From: an uncultured Candidatus Micrarchaeota archaeon
GTDB lineage: Archaea; Micrarchaeota; Micrarchaeia; Burarchaeales; Fermentimicrarchaeaceae
Direction of reading: 5' to 3'
DNA length: 64,000 bases
Assembly: GCA_903884505.1 (NCBI GenBank)
Contig: CAISET010000015.1
Coordinates: 10,819-74,818 of the forward strand
Shown here piece after piece: positions 9,065 through 21,900 of this stretch (positions are counted from its first letter, which is position 1; each line of letters opens with the position of its first letter). Under the pieces are notes generated by a model. That model had not been told where the DNA came from and did not search any database. It saw only the letters and a program-made list of their open reading frames with translations. Both the position numbers and the translations under genes were made by a program.

Positions 9065-10228
9065 ATGCACGCTGGCAAGGCCGCACTCCTTTCGAAAATC
9101 ACTTCGCGCTATCCCACTCTCCGCTCAGCACCGCTCAAGGAGACGGTTTCGGGCTCCTCCCCGCCTTCTGTTTTCATCGGCACCTACGGCTACCCGAAGG
9201 TCTTCGTCGGCCCCCTCCTCCCCCCTTTCCTCGGCAACACGAAGCTCTACGACACGCCCGAAGAATGGATTCCGCGGGGAATGGAACAGGCGGACGTGAT
9301 GGCAAAGCGCCTGCAGCTCATCCGCGGGAAGGAGGCGGTCGATGTGCGCGACCAGGGGAAGATTTCCGAACTATCAAGGGAAATAGCGCTCGCAAAAAAC
9401 TCCACAGAGGTTGAGGCCACCTTCAAATCAATTCCAAGGGGCGGCTTCCTCAACGAGGAGGTGCAGCCTTTCGGCCCTTCCGCTGACCTGAAGGATTTGA
9501 GAATAAACGGAGGAAAATGGGACCACAAGCTCGAAAAGGCATACAACGACACCGACCTCCGCGCAAAAGACGCCGTCCTCGAGCTCTATGGGGATGGCGC
9601 GCAATTCTCCGACATCCAGCGCGCATTCAGCGTCGGCGCATTCGGCCTGAAGAAGAACAGGAAATTCGTCCCTACCAAATGGAGCATAACCGCAGTCGAC
9701 AGCACCCTCTCCAGCAACCTTCTCTCCGAAATCCAGGCATTCCCGCTCCTCGAAGCCCCGCAAATCTACGAGTTCGAGTCCTTCAGCAACAAATATGCCG
9801 CGCTCTTCTACCCATCCCTCTGGCAATTCGAGTGGATGGAGGCATTCTTCTCGCAATTCCCCGGCTCCCCCCACATCTCAATCTTTGCCGACCACGAATA
9901 TGCGGAGGGGAAGAAGGAATATTCGCAGGTGGGCGGCTGCTACTACTCGGCAAAGCTGGCAGTTTTGGAGAAGATGAAGGAGATGCAGAGGCAGGCAGGC
10001 GTTCTCATCCTCCGCGAGGCCTACTCCGACTACGTTCCGCTCGGCGTCTGGAATGTGAGGGAGAACCTGAGGCAGGCGGTGCAGCAAAAAGCAACGGAGT
10101 TCGACTCCTTCACCGAAGGCCTCAACTACGCCTTCTCCAGGCTCAAGGTTCCCGAGAAGGACTGGCGCCAGAACAGCGAGACGCTGAAGAATAAATTGCG
10201 GCAGTCTAGCCTTTCTTCTTTCCTCTAA
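9065..10228 (+). CDS. nreA: Nre-family archaeal DNA repair protein
   Basis: GSSPPSVFIGTYGYPKV, VPTKWSITAVD, GGCYY, PLGVWNVRE, C-terminal PIP box QSSLSSFL. Confidence 0.88.
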   Translation: MHAGKAALLSKITSRYPTLRSAPLKETVSGSSPPSVFIGTYGYPKVFVGPLLPPFLGNTKLYDTPEEWIPRGMEQADVMAKRLQLIRGKEAVDVRDQGKISELSREIALAKNSTEVEATFKSIPRGGFLNEEVQPFGPSADLKDLRINGGKWDHKLEKAYNDTDLRAKDAVLELYGDGAQFSDIQRAFSVGAFGLKKNRKFVPTKWSITAVDSTLSSNLLSEIQAFPLLEAPQIYEFESFSNKYAALFYPSLWQFEWMEAFFSQFPGSPHISIFADHEYAEGKKEYSQVGGCYYSAKLAVLEKMKEMQRQAGVLILREAYSDYVPLGVWNVRENLRQAVQQKATEFDSFTEGLNYAFSRLKVPEKDWRQNSETLKNKLRQSSLSSFL

Positions 10229-12684
10229 CGCCCCGCAATCCGCATGAGCGACTCCTTGTGGTCCGGAGTCAACAGGAACTCCGGATCGTAGGCGCGCGCA
10301 TCCTCCAGAAGGTAACGCAATCTTCCGATTGGCCTCGTTTCCTTGAACTTTTCGTAGCCGCAGCCGCCGTATTTCGCCGTCCATTCCACCATCGCGTCCA
10401 TCTCCTGCCGGGTTGGTGCAGAGAGCTGCGAGCGTTCGTCTTTCAAATTTCCGGCCAAGGTATTGCGGAGGATTTCGGGCCTCAGGTCGTCATTGAAAAA
10501 TACGTGCGCAACTTCCAACGCGCTCCGCAACTGCGAGACGGGCCCCTCGTATCTGACCAATGCAAGAGCCTCCCTATTCCATCCCTTTGCCCTCGCTTTC
10601 TCCAGCACTTTCCAGCGCGCCCTGACTTCGGGAGGCGCGAACTCCGCCAGGTCCCGCTGCGTAGAGCAGCGGCTTATCCTCCAGATCCGCTCCCCCAGCT
10701 TGCCGGGCAGCTCTTCGCGCAGTTGTGCGCGCCCCATTTTCCAGTATTCGCGCACGGCATGCACTGCGATGTTTCCTGCATCCGCGAACTCGGTTATGGA
10801 TACCTGGGCATGCATCTTCCGGTGCCATGCGCCCTCCAGGCGCTCCTCGGCCACCCCGGCCGCCACCTTCAGCCGCTGGACAAGCGCCTCCTCGCGCGCA
10901 ACGCGCAGCCGTTCCACCCGCGCTTTCAGTTTCGCCGGAAGGACGTTCTCGCGCCGCAGCGCGCCGCTGGGCACGAATAGATACACAAGCCTCGGCTCGG
11001 AGATGTTTGCGGCCTTCGCGGCGCCGGATATTGGCATCAGGAGCGTAGCGGCCCTCCTCCCCGCGCGCATCTCTTCCACGTCTTCCTCGAGGAACTCGAC
11101 CGCTTTTTCGGCGCACTTGAGGTACGTTCTCCTCCATTCGGCGGGGAGCCGCTCGACGCGCATCCTCAGCCCGTCCGGGAGATTCTTGCGCCAAGCGCCG
11201 GCGCTCGGCTTGAAGAAATCGTCAAACTTCCGCGCCTTCAAGTTCCCCTCCTTCGCGGCCTTCGAGATTGGCATCGTGAACTTCGCGCGCTTCCTCCCGG
11301 CCTTAATTTCCCTCAGGTCATTCTCAAGCCATCCTACAAATTTCCCGAGGCATTCGTTGAAGTGCCTCTCATGCGCACCCATGAGGCTCTCGATGCGGTT
11401 TCTGAGGGCTTTCGGGAGGTTCTCGCGCCTCTTGGCATTGCTTGGCCTGAAATAATTTTCTAAGGTGCCCCATTCGATGTTGCCCGCTATGGCAGCATCC
11501 GAGACAGGCATAACGGAAACCGCCTTCCGCTTGCCCGCCTTCATCCCGGCAAGATAATCTTCGTAGAACTTGACCGATTTCTCAAGGCATTCATGGAAGT
11601 GCTTCTCATACGCACCCATGAGCTTCTCAATCCGTTTTCTGAGGCCGTCCGGAAGGTTCTTGCGCTGCTCGGCTTTGCTTGGGACGAAATAATCGGTTAA
11701 GGTGCCCGATTCGATGTTGCCTGCCTCGGCGGCTTCCGAAGTCGGCATACGGGGATTCGCCTTCCGCTTGCCCGCCTTCATTTCCCCAAGATACTCTTCA
11801 TAGAATTTGACTGACTTCCCGAGGCATTCATCGAAGTGCCCCTCATACGCACCCATAAGGTCCCCAATCCGTTTTCTGAGGCCGTCCGGAAGGTTCTTGC
11901 GCAACCCGGCATTGCTTGGAGCGAAATAATTCTGCAAGGTGCCCAACTCAATATTGCCTGCACTTGCGGCATCCGAGACAGGCATATAGGAACTCGCCTT
12001 CTGCTTGCCCGCCTTCATCCCGGCAAGATAATCCTCGTAGAACTTGACCGATTTCTCAAGGCATTCGTTGAAATGCTTCTCATATGTTCCCATAAGGCTT
12101 TCGATGCGGTTTTTGAGGCCTTCCGGAAGATTCTTGCGCAGATCAGCACGGTCTTGTGCGAAATAAGCATTTAAGGTGCCCAATTCAATATTGCCCGCCT
12201 TGGCGGCATCTGAGACGGGCATACGGGAAACCGCCTTCCGCTCGCCCGCCTTCATCCCGGCAAGATAATCCTCATAGTATCTGGCTGATTTCTCAAGGCA
12301 TTCAACGAAGTACTTCCCATATTCATTTCTGAGCGATTTGACGCGTTTTCCGAGGCTATCCGGCAAACTCCGATGCCGTTTCAAGTTCCAGGGGGTGAGG
12401 AAACGGGTCAGCGCAGTCGTCTTCATCTTCGCCTCACGTGCAGCATCGGCCATGGGCATTTTCCTGCTCACGGTTTTCTCTCCGGCTTTCATCTCCCCAA
12501 GGCGGTTCTCAAGGAATCCCAGCGCCTTTTCAATTTTGGCGACTGTTTTCCCGACTCCCGGGCGCAGTCCCTCGCCATCGCCGAGCGCAAGCTTTCCAAT
12601 CAGGGCCCCGGGTTCCGGCATCGCCTGCCCGTTGCTAACAGCAAGAGCCTCCCGTTGAGCGACTTCTTTCCCCGCATGCAGCAT
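10225..12684 (-). CDS. Protein with eight tandem ~79-aa HTH-like repeats; putative modular DNA-binding protein
   Basis: Repeat starts at 12459, 12222, 11985, 11748, 11511, 11274, 11037 (237-bp period) and ~10803. ATG 12684 chosen because a TTTATA box lies ~25 bp upstream. Confidence 0.8.
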   Translation of the reverse strand: MLHAGKEVAQREALAVSNGQAMPEPGALIGKLALGDGEGLRPGVGKTVAKIEKALGFLENRLGEMKAGEKTVSRKMPMADAAREAKMKTTALTRFLTPWNLKRHRSLPDSLGKRVKSLRNEYGKYFVECLEKSARYYEDYLAGMKAGERKAVSRMPVSDAAKAGNIELGTLNAYFAQDRADLRKNLPEGLKNRIESLMGTYEKHFNECLEKSVKFYEDYLAGMKAGKQKASSYMPVSDAASAGNIELGTLQNYFAPSNAGLRKNLPDGLRKRIGDLMGAYEGHFDECLGKSVKFYEEYLGEMKAGKRKANPRMPTSEAAEAGNIESGTLTDYFVPSKAEQRKNLPDGLRKRIEKLMGAYEKHFHECLEKSVKFYEDYLAGMKAGKRKAVSVMPVSDAAIAGNIEWGTLENYFRPSNAKRRENLPKALRNRIESLMGAHERHFNECLGKFVGWLENDLREIKAGRKRAKFTMPISKAAKEGNLKARKFDDFFKPSAGAWRKNLPDGLRMRVERLPAEWRRTYLKCAEKAVEFLEEDVEEMRAGRRAATLLMPISGAAKAANISEPRLVYLFVPSGALRRENVLPAKLKARVERLRVAREEALVQRLKVAAGVAEERLEGAWHRKMHAQVSITEFADAGNIAVHAVREYWKMGRAQLREELPGKLGERIWRISRCSTQRDLAEFAPPEVRARWKVLEKARAKGWNREALALVRYEGPVSQLRSALEVAHVFFNDDLRPEILRNTLAGNLKDERSQLSAPTRQEMDAMVEWTAKYGGCGYEKFKETRPIGRLRYLLEDARAYDPEFLLTPDHKESLMRIAGR

Positions 12685-12961
12685 ACGCAAAATTCCGCTC
12701 TTCAGGTATAAATTGATGGCGCCGGGCCTTGCGCAATTGTTGCAGCCCATGCCATTTGCCGCACGCTGCGGCAGCGCAGGCCGAGCCGCTGGCGAGGGGA
12801 TTCGGGAGCAAGTCTGCCGTCGAAAACTCTGGCAACCCTTTTAAAGGCTTCCGTTTAAAGGTTTCCTTAGTGGTCGCAGGGCATCCGTCGCCAAAGAATC
12901 TTATCCTAAACGAAGGGTGCCCACTATACTTCCCGAATGCGGAGTCCTACGGGGTGGGTGC

Positions 12962-15900
12962 ATGAAAAATAAGAAAAACCGTGGAGGAGCAGGAGATACC
13001 GCCTCCCAAACTGCGGATTGCGTCTTTTCGTCTGCAGGGAAAGCCATGCTTCTTGTCCCGGTTTTGCTCATAATTTTCTCCCTTAGCGCAAGCGCTGCCG
13101 TTTCATTCAGAGGCGACTGGCCGAACGACGGCAACAGTTACCGCGTTGAGATATATGACCTAGGGCAGGCCAGCCCGTGCGACAATGAGTCGGACAATGG
13201 TACTCTGCTGGCTGGCTCAGGAAACATCCAGGGAAACGACCAATTTGATTCCAACGACGAGTATCTCCTTCCTCTATCCTTGACGTCAAGCGGCAACCTG
13301 TACATATATTTCTGCAACTCAGCAGACAACACGACCCTCGTTTCTTACGTGAGGAACACTACGGCTGGCTCCAATGTGGAGCTTGACTTTGGCAAAGTTG
13401 TGGGCACGGCTGCCACAAACAACGATTTGGGCAGCAAATACGTCCACGTATGCGACGCTTTGAACGGCGGCACCAACATAGCATCGAGCTCAGCACTCAC
13501 TGCTGCGGACGGCTCATATACGCAGTATTATTACCTTGACGAGCCTTCGGTTGCAACGGGAGGAACCAACATCCCTAACCTCTACATCTTCTTTGATAAT
13601 GACAACTCAAACAAATGCACCTTTGACGCGACGAAAATAGCGGGCCTTCACGTAATCCCAAGCACGCAACTGCCTTATAACTACGGCGTAAATATCAGCT
13701 ACTCTCCTGGCACGAAACTCAGCTCGAATGCGCACGCCGACATAATGGCGAGCGGCTACCTCAAGGTCCAGCGCGCTGCAGGGGACAATGAATTCGTCGG
13801 CATGACCGGCGAACTGACTGGCGGGGCAGGCGCATACAACCTCTACTACCAGAATCCGGCTACTGGCACGCTCACTGTTTACGTTTACACCGGCGCAGTC
13901 CCGGACACGACTCCCGAAGAGATTATTACGGGATTGGCGAATGGCGCAAGCGGCAATGCGCTTGACCTGTCGGTCAGGATAAGCGGCAGCGTCCCGAGCG
14001 ATGTCGCTACCGTCACAACGACCATCGGCGGACTGACATACAACGTGAGCACGATAGCAGGCACGCCAAAGACGTACAACCTTTACATACCTACGGGCCA
14101 GGCTCCGGCCATAGCGTTCAAGGACGCCGGCGGAGCCACGCTCTTCACCTATAACTACGGCGCTTCGGTTGGCAGCGACGACACGCTCAACGTCGGGAAG
14201 CTCTACGGAAATGTGCATGCGAACCTGGACGGCGCCGGGAACACTATACAGGTGTTTGAGGACAGTGCATGCACCGCGAACGGGAGCATCGAATCGCTTG
14301 CGGTAGTGCCACATACCGCAAACTCTCCGGACTACGTGGCGTATTTCGCTGACGGCAAGAACTCGACGGGCCCGGACTACTGGGTTGGGATAAATGACAG
14401 CGGCTACACCATTTGCGGCAACGGGTTCCAACTGTCAAGCGAAGAGAGGAACATGGACTTCACATCGCTTATAACCGGGACTGTCTCGGCAGGCATATAC
14501 ACTGCAGGTGCCATGGCACTGGACGCCGACGACGACGGCGTTTATTCCGCGGGAGACCCATTCACCACCCACTTCGACACGTCACACAATTACGAGCTTT
14601 ACGTCAACTCGAGCGGTTCGCACAATATACTGGCATTCTCCACGGTGGCAGGCGGCTACCCGGGCACGCTTGAGCTGAACATCTCAAAAACAATAGCGGT
14701 GGATACGACATTTAACGTCGGGCAGGTTGACTGGCAGGCCGCGAACGTCAGTGCGGACCTCACTGGCGCGAGCGCAGTGTGCGGCACAGGCGCGTGCTGG
14801 CTGAGCGTGTACAACGGCACATCGGATGTTTCGTCCAAAACAAAGACCTTCGCTGCCGATGGCAGCCAGTTCTACGCGGTCCCGGCAGGCACGGTCGACT
14901 TCCAGATATGGGGAGATGGTGGCCTCGTATCCTACGTTTCCGGCTACACTCCGGACGCGGATTACCGGGTCACATTCGAGCCAGGGTATAACGTAACGAT
15001 GACTGCGCCGGCGGGCATGATATGGGCCATAACGGGAGGCGGAACTTTCGCGAACTATTCTTCAAATGCAGCTGGAGAGCAGATATACGTGGACAAGTCC
15101 GAGGAGGAGCTTCCGACCACATACACCTACAGCGCGTATACCACTTCCCCGACCACGCTCAGGCTTAGCTGGGGCAGCAAGGACGCCAGTACCGACGCAA
15201 CGTGGGAGGTTGACAAGGTTTCCGGAGCCTCGCCTGCTATCCTAGACGTTTCAGGAAGCGACACGGGTGACATCCAGGTAGCCTCAAATCTTACGGCCTG
15301 CCGTGCAGGAACCTTCGTGAGCAGCGAATTAGTGCAGCCAGCCAGCGGCAACTATGCACAATATTATGAAGGCTCAGCAGCGACCTATTACGTCAGGGCC
15401 AGATATGCAAAAGCAGGCACGGGCAACTTTGATTCGTGCGTCAAATTCTCAGGTTCAGGTGGCGGTGCCTCGGATACGGCTGGTCTCGTCGAGGTGACGG
15501 GCACGGTCCCATCAACCAGCCTTGGAGTCAAGGACCTAACGGAAGTGGGTGCGGATAATGCCGAACTCAGCGGCTGGACTACTGCGAATGATAGCGGAGA
15601 TGATGCAACAACCCTAAGTTTCTACAGCAATGTCTACCACCTAGTCTCACTCAAAGATACTGCGGCAACCACCGCACACGTGAGGTTTTATATCTCCGGT
15701 CCAGGAGTTGCCTTGATAACACAAGAAGACTTGGCCCTTGCCGGAAGCTCAACAACCGTAAACGTTGATGACATAAGGGGCAATGTTCCGGCACTGCTTG
15801 ATACTGCCGTTTTAGAGGGCAGCACAGCGAGCGGTGAGATATGCGGCGGGACACCACCAATCCCCGGCAGCAAAGTTGCTGTTGCTACAGCAAGCGACCC

Positions 15901-18900
15901 GGGCTACAGGCTGTATGCCAAGGCGACTGGGGCATCCTTCTACGTGAACTTCTGTGATACGAATAATACAGAAGGCCTCGGAGCAAACACAAAGCTCCTT
16001 GAAGAGTCAGTCACAACGACCAGCAGCGGTGGGCACACTTTCTTGCTGAATGTTTCAAGGGTAGGTGGCGCGGCGCACGCCGACCTAACTGACGGCGACG
16101 ACCCATTCTCGGTCTATTCGGGCTCAGGCTGCACCACTCCGCTGAGCAGCGAAACCCTTTACGGCCTTAACCCCGGCACCTACGCAGGAAGCGAAAACTA
16201 CTCGCAATACTACCAAACTTCTGGCGCAGGAAACTATTACCTGGGTGTCGTGGAGGACGGAAACACTTCCTGCATGAGGTTCAGCGGAGGCGTAGCGGGC
16301 TCTAATGATGTAGTGGACATAACAACGAAACTGAGCGGCACCGTGCCAACAGCGATAACCAAGGTTGCAGCGGCGAACGCTAGCGGAGACGGCACAATAG
16401 ACGCATTCACAACGGACATAACGGCTGGCGCATACGCACTTTACATTCCATCAGGCTCAGCAACATCTAGCGCACTTGCGTACGAAGGCGCAACCCTCAG
16501 GCTGAACCGGACGAAGGACCTGAGCGTCAGCGACGCGAACTTCGACGTTAATGAGGTGCACGGTGACAAGTCCCTGCTCCACTCGGATATCAGGGGCGGC
16601 ACGTGGTACATCGAAGTCTGGAATACGGGTGGAGGCAAGGTTTCTTCCGAGACCGTGGACATGGGTGGAGGCTCCGGAACATACAAACAGTTCTACGAGG
16701 ACCACCTAGGCTACGATATCCGGATTTACAATGCGTCGCACGAGCTCGCATACTATGTATACGGTTATAACCCGGGAGTCAGTGGCGGAGACGACCTCAC
16801 TTTTGAGCCGGATACCAAACTCACAACGACCGCGCCTACCGGAATCGCGGCGGTGGAGGCTATAGACAAGACTCGCGATGACTTCACATACCGCGACAAC
16901 ACATCGGCACCCTCAAACCCATACTTCACGATGTACGTTGCGAACAGCACCAGCTATGATTTGAACGCCTACACCGACTCTTTCACCACGCTCGGGCTTG
17001 CGAGAACTGTCGCACTGGGAACGGACAAGGACCTTTCCGGCGGCGACTACGAGTGGATTATCGGCGAGATAACCGGCAACTGCGCGAACATCAATTCAGC
17101 CCTGAAACCTGCCGGAGGCCCTGGAGCGATGCACGTTAAAGTTGTCGACGATTACACCAACATCGGCGGCTGGGCAGAATACTCCTCCCAGACCGTTGAC
17201 CTTGTCACAACCTGTGGGACAAGCCCAAGCTATATGCAGTATTACGATGAGTCCGATGTCAAAAACGCGACAAATGCAGACATCGTTTTCACCATATCGG
17301 GCAGTGACTACTTTGTTATCAAAGATTACGCACCCGCGACCAACCCGGACGTCATGACCCTGGAGCCGCAGTATGAGCTTACAATCGTTGATCCTGGCCC
17401 AAGCGACATACAAAGTGCCAAGTTCAACCTTACGGCAGGCGCGCTTGGAACCGGAACTGCGGCCGTCGAGATTGTTGCGGACGGCTCGGCCAACCTAGTA
17501 CAGCTTTCCAGCATTTACCTGCCAGCCAAGAGCGGATATACCTTCCATGCATACACCGCAACTGACCTAAGCGGCGAAGTCCTGGAGAGGAACAGCAAGG
17601 CTATGGCCGCGGATGACGATTGGAATATCGCGGATGTCACTGGCGCGAATGCAAGCATACACGCAGACCTGGCGGATGGAACGCACAGGATATTTGTCTA
17701 CGCAAACGACGACTCCACAATCGTTTCCGGGATACAAAGCGGAACGCAGTACGCGACCGTAGGGGACTACACACTTTACTACGACGTGGATGATGCGGGC
17801 GCTTCAGCCTACATCCAAGTCACAACCAACACCTCAGCCCTCCTGACCAGGTACAAATACGCGCTCCCAGGTCTGGTCGGCGGCGACTCGCTCACATTCG
17901 AGCCGGACACGCTGCTGAACGTGACCTACCCCGCAAGCCTGAACGCGGGCAGCTTCAGCTACAATGACGGCACGTACAACTATTACATAACGGCAGGAGA
18001 GAATGGCGGGGACACCTACGTCCAGAGCGGCTCGGGCTACAACTTCAGCGCCTACACCGGCGCTGCATGGACGACCGAAGTCCTGCGCAGGGCAGGCAAG
18101 GCCGTCGCCCCGGCTACAACCAGCTGGGACATTGCCGAGGTCACGGGCAACAGCACTTACCTGCACCCATACCTCATAGGGCACCAGGTGAAGATATATA
18201 ACAATACGGATACGGGCATGGTTTCCGGGATAGAGGGCGGACAGCAATACGTTACAATCCCCGCGGCTGGCAACAACTACACGATTTACTACGACGTTGG
18301 CGACGCGGACGGTTCAATGTACATACACATAAACAGCCCTGCGCTGCTGTTAACCCGGTATCACTACAACGGCCCCCAGTTTGCAGGCGCAGGTTCGCTC
18401 ACCTTCCAGCCGGACACGCTGATAAACGTGACTTACCCCGCAAGCATGAACAACGGCAGCTTCAAGTACACCGATTCGGGCGGCTTCGATTATCTCATCA
18501 AAGCAACGGAGAACGGCACCTACGTCGAGGCCGATAAGAGCTTGTACAACTTCAGCGCGTACAGCGATGCCGCATGGTCGGCACTCGAGCTCAACCGGAC
18601 AGGCAAGACGGTCACCGCGCCGACGACCCCGTGGAACATCGCAGACGTTTACTGGAACACTACATACGTGAACGGCGATCTTAGCGGAGCCGCAGCGCAG
18701 CTCGAAGTTTATACGACTGCGGGCAGCCTGGTATCATCCGAAACAAGGACCTTCGACGCAGACGACTACCAGTATTACGAAGTGCCCGATTCCGGGAACG
18801 TGGACTTCAGGGTGTACGACAACCCGGGCGCAGCAGTGCTGTTCTACGCCTACAACTTCACGCCGAGCGCGGCCGGAAACACCATGTTCGAGCCATACTC

Positions 18901-21900
18901 CCCGGTAGTCGCCCATGCCCCGGGCACAATACACAGCTGGGCGATACGTGGCCACAATTTCACGTACCGCGACAACACGACTAGCTTGATAATCTACGTA
19001 GATTATCTCGAAGAGTACTATAACACAGACTACATATACAAGGCTTACACCGGCGACTTTGCTGGAGACGTGCTGTCAATGGGGCCCAAGGACGCGAGCC
19101 TGAATCCCCACTGGTATGTGAACACGGTTACGAACCCATACATACACAACGACCTGGTAGGCTCGGCAAACCTGACTGTCGTTTACCTCAATGCAGGCAC
19201 AGATACCGACTGCGATACCGCAACCGCGCTTTCCTCCCCAACGGACCAGATATGGGCAAACGGAATCAAGAAGTATTATGAGGGAGAAGGAGCGGGAGCC
19301 AAGTACGTCGAGATAAAGGTCACCAATGGTTCGTATGTAACGTGCATCAACACGCTCGGCCTGGAACCTGTAGGCGGAGACCAGAACACGGATTATGACC
19401 TTGACGTGAAGACGAACGGCACTGTGAACAGCGGAATCGTGACCGTCTACATAGACTCGAATCCGACTTCAAATGACGACATCTCGCAGGCAACAGTGGC
19501 GAGCGGTTCGGTGAAGCTCTACAATATCTACTGGGCTGGCGCCAGCCCTGCGGACATAAGCTACAACGATTCAACCACTAAGCAACTGGACCTCACAGGC
19601 AGGAATCTCACCACAAACCCAACAACGATAAACGTCGGTAAGGTTTCAGGACTTTCGCATCCGGACATGACCACCGCGCAGGTCTACTTCGATAGTGCAT
19701 GCAACACAACACAACTGAGCACGGAAACCACGGGCGAGCCGTTTAATGCCAGCGGAACACCCCCATATGCGTACCAGCGGTACTTCGAGGACAACGGGAC
19801 ACAGTACCTCGCCGTGAGCGACGGCGTCCACACAACCTGCGGAACCGGCGGCTTCACCCTTTCAAATGAGGACGCAACAATAAACATGGGGAGGATGGTA
19901 AGCGGGTCGACGCCATCATCAACCTATGATGTGGTTACATGGGGAGGACTCCCTGCCGATGCTGACATTGTTTCTATAGCGGCAAATATGAGCGGAGGCG
20001 CAACTAATGACTTCACAACTTCGCCAGTCTCCACAGGGCCAGCGGCTCCAGACGATTACGTGCTGTTCGTTGACTCGGATGCGCTGGGGCTCTCAACAAC
20101 AATGCTGGACTTCTATGCCAACATTACCCCAACTGGCTTGGTGTTTGACAAGGCAGTAGACCTCTCTGCTTTAGACAACGTGACGAACGTCGCAAAGGTG
20201 GCAGGGCTTGCCGATGCGGGGCTCTGGGGAGGACAGTTCAGAGTGTGCGATGCGATACCTTCCCTTGCAGATTGGGGGGGCTGCACGACATATCTTGATA
20301 GCGTGCCCGTTATGCCGGCGAATGGCAGTCTGGCTACGCTCGACTACGACCTGTTCTTTGAGCAGCCAGCGGTAACAGACTATTACGTCGAGCTCCACAG
20401 TACGGGAGCTTACGGGGGAGCGCCATCATACACATACCACTTAGTTTCCACAACCCAATCCGGAGACTACATATACCAGGACTTTGACGGCGTTGTGTTT
20501 GGAACTGTAAACGAGACCTACAATGCAACAGTGCCGATACCAAACGTTGAGGTGAACGTGTACACTGGCATCACAGATCTCGTAAAGGCTTACACCGATG
20601 CCGCCGGTTACTACGAGCTATACTCCGGGAGCTCCAGTGGCCCGATGTTCATTGGCGAGCCTGCCATGCCTTACGGAGTAGCCTACAACATGAGTTTCCA
20701 GAAGGCAGGTTACGTGACGAGGGACTGGAATACAGATCCTAATGACACAACCGATTATTCGACTCCGTTCGTGGACAGCTCAAGCCCATTGGGCGACTTT
20801 GGAATAAACGGCGCTGCCTATCCCCTCGCTGGTGCCATAGGCCCTGACCGATTATACCTCCAGCTTCTCAGCGGGATAATCGTCAATGTTACGGACCTTG
20901 GAGGAAACCCGATAAACGACGCGACCGTCAGCATATATGACTGCAGCTTCAGCAGCAATCCGGCCGACTGCACTACAATCGGAACGTGCACGAATCCGCC
21001 CGGAGGAGTATTGACTGGCAACTGCACATTGGCAGCAGCAAACAACCCAGATGCATATCCGGGGCAGTACTTCTTCGCCGGGACAACAACACCGGGCGAC
21101 TACGTCCAGATACGGGTTGCGAAGGCGCCATTTGACACGCAGTTTGACCCAGACCCAAATGCAAGCGTCAACAATAATATAGGAGGAGGAGGCGCACTCC
21201 AAGCGCTCGTAAAGACAATACGCATGATAAATCCGGCGCCCAAATGCAGCTTGGAAGTCACGGCACCGGGCGGCATGTCCTACCAAGACAGGCAGTATCT
21301 TGTGGTAGCGAACGACTCCGCAGTCAAATTCGTCGTGCAGTGCGGTGAAGCAGGCCTCGACGTCACCGGAGACATGTCTCCGCTTGGTGGAGACCCGCTC
21401 GTCAGCTTCTACCCCGACTACGCGCTCGGAACCGTTTACAACCACTGGCAAGGCATCAACGCGTCGGACGACACCTACAGGCTACCCATCAACGCCTCCG
21501 ACGGAGTCAACACCTGGCAGGGCCTGGGCTACGTTGAAGTTGACGGCACGCCCCCAGGCATCTACGACTACTATCCCCACGGAGGCACGTTCAACACTAA
21601 GAGCGTGACTTTCGGTGTCTGGACCGATGAGATTGCAGTCTGCCACTACGACACTAACCCCAACGACATCTTCTGGAACATGTCCTACACGATGGCAGGC
21701 GACGGATCGCAGCACACCGGAATGGTCTATGCCGACAATGGCGCAAACACGGTTTACGTAAGATGCGCAGACCGCTTAGGCAATGCAATGAACACAAGCC
21801 AGGAAATAAGCTTCAACGTCGACGCAGTGGCGCCAAGCGTAACCAACGTAAGCCCGGCATACCTCATCAAGCCGTACAATGCAACCAACCGGGGCAACGT

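Noticed and set aside
9065..12684. Shared HAGK N-terminus of Nre and the HTH-repeat protein
   Set aside because: A four-residue match with no further similarity; likely chance.
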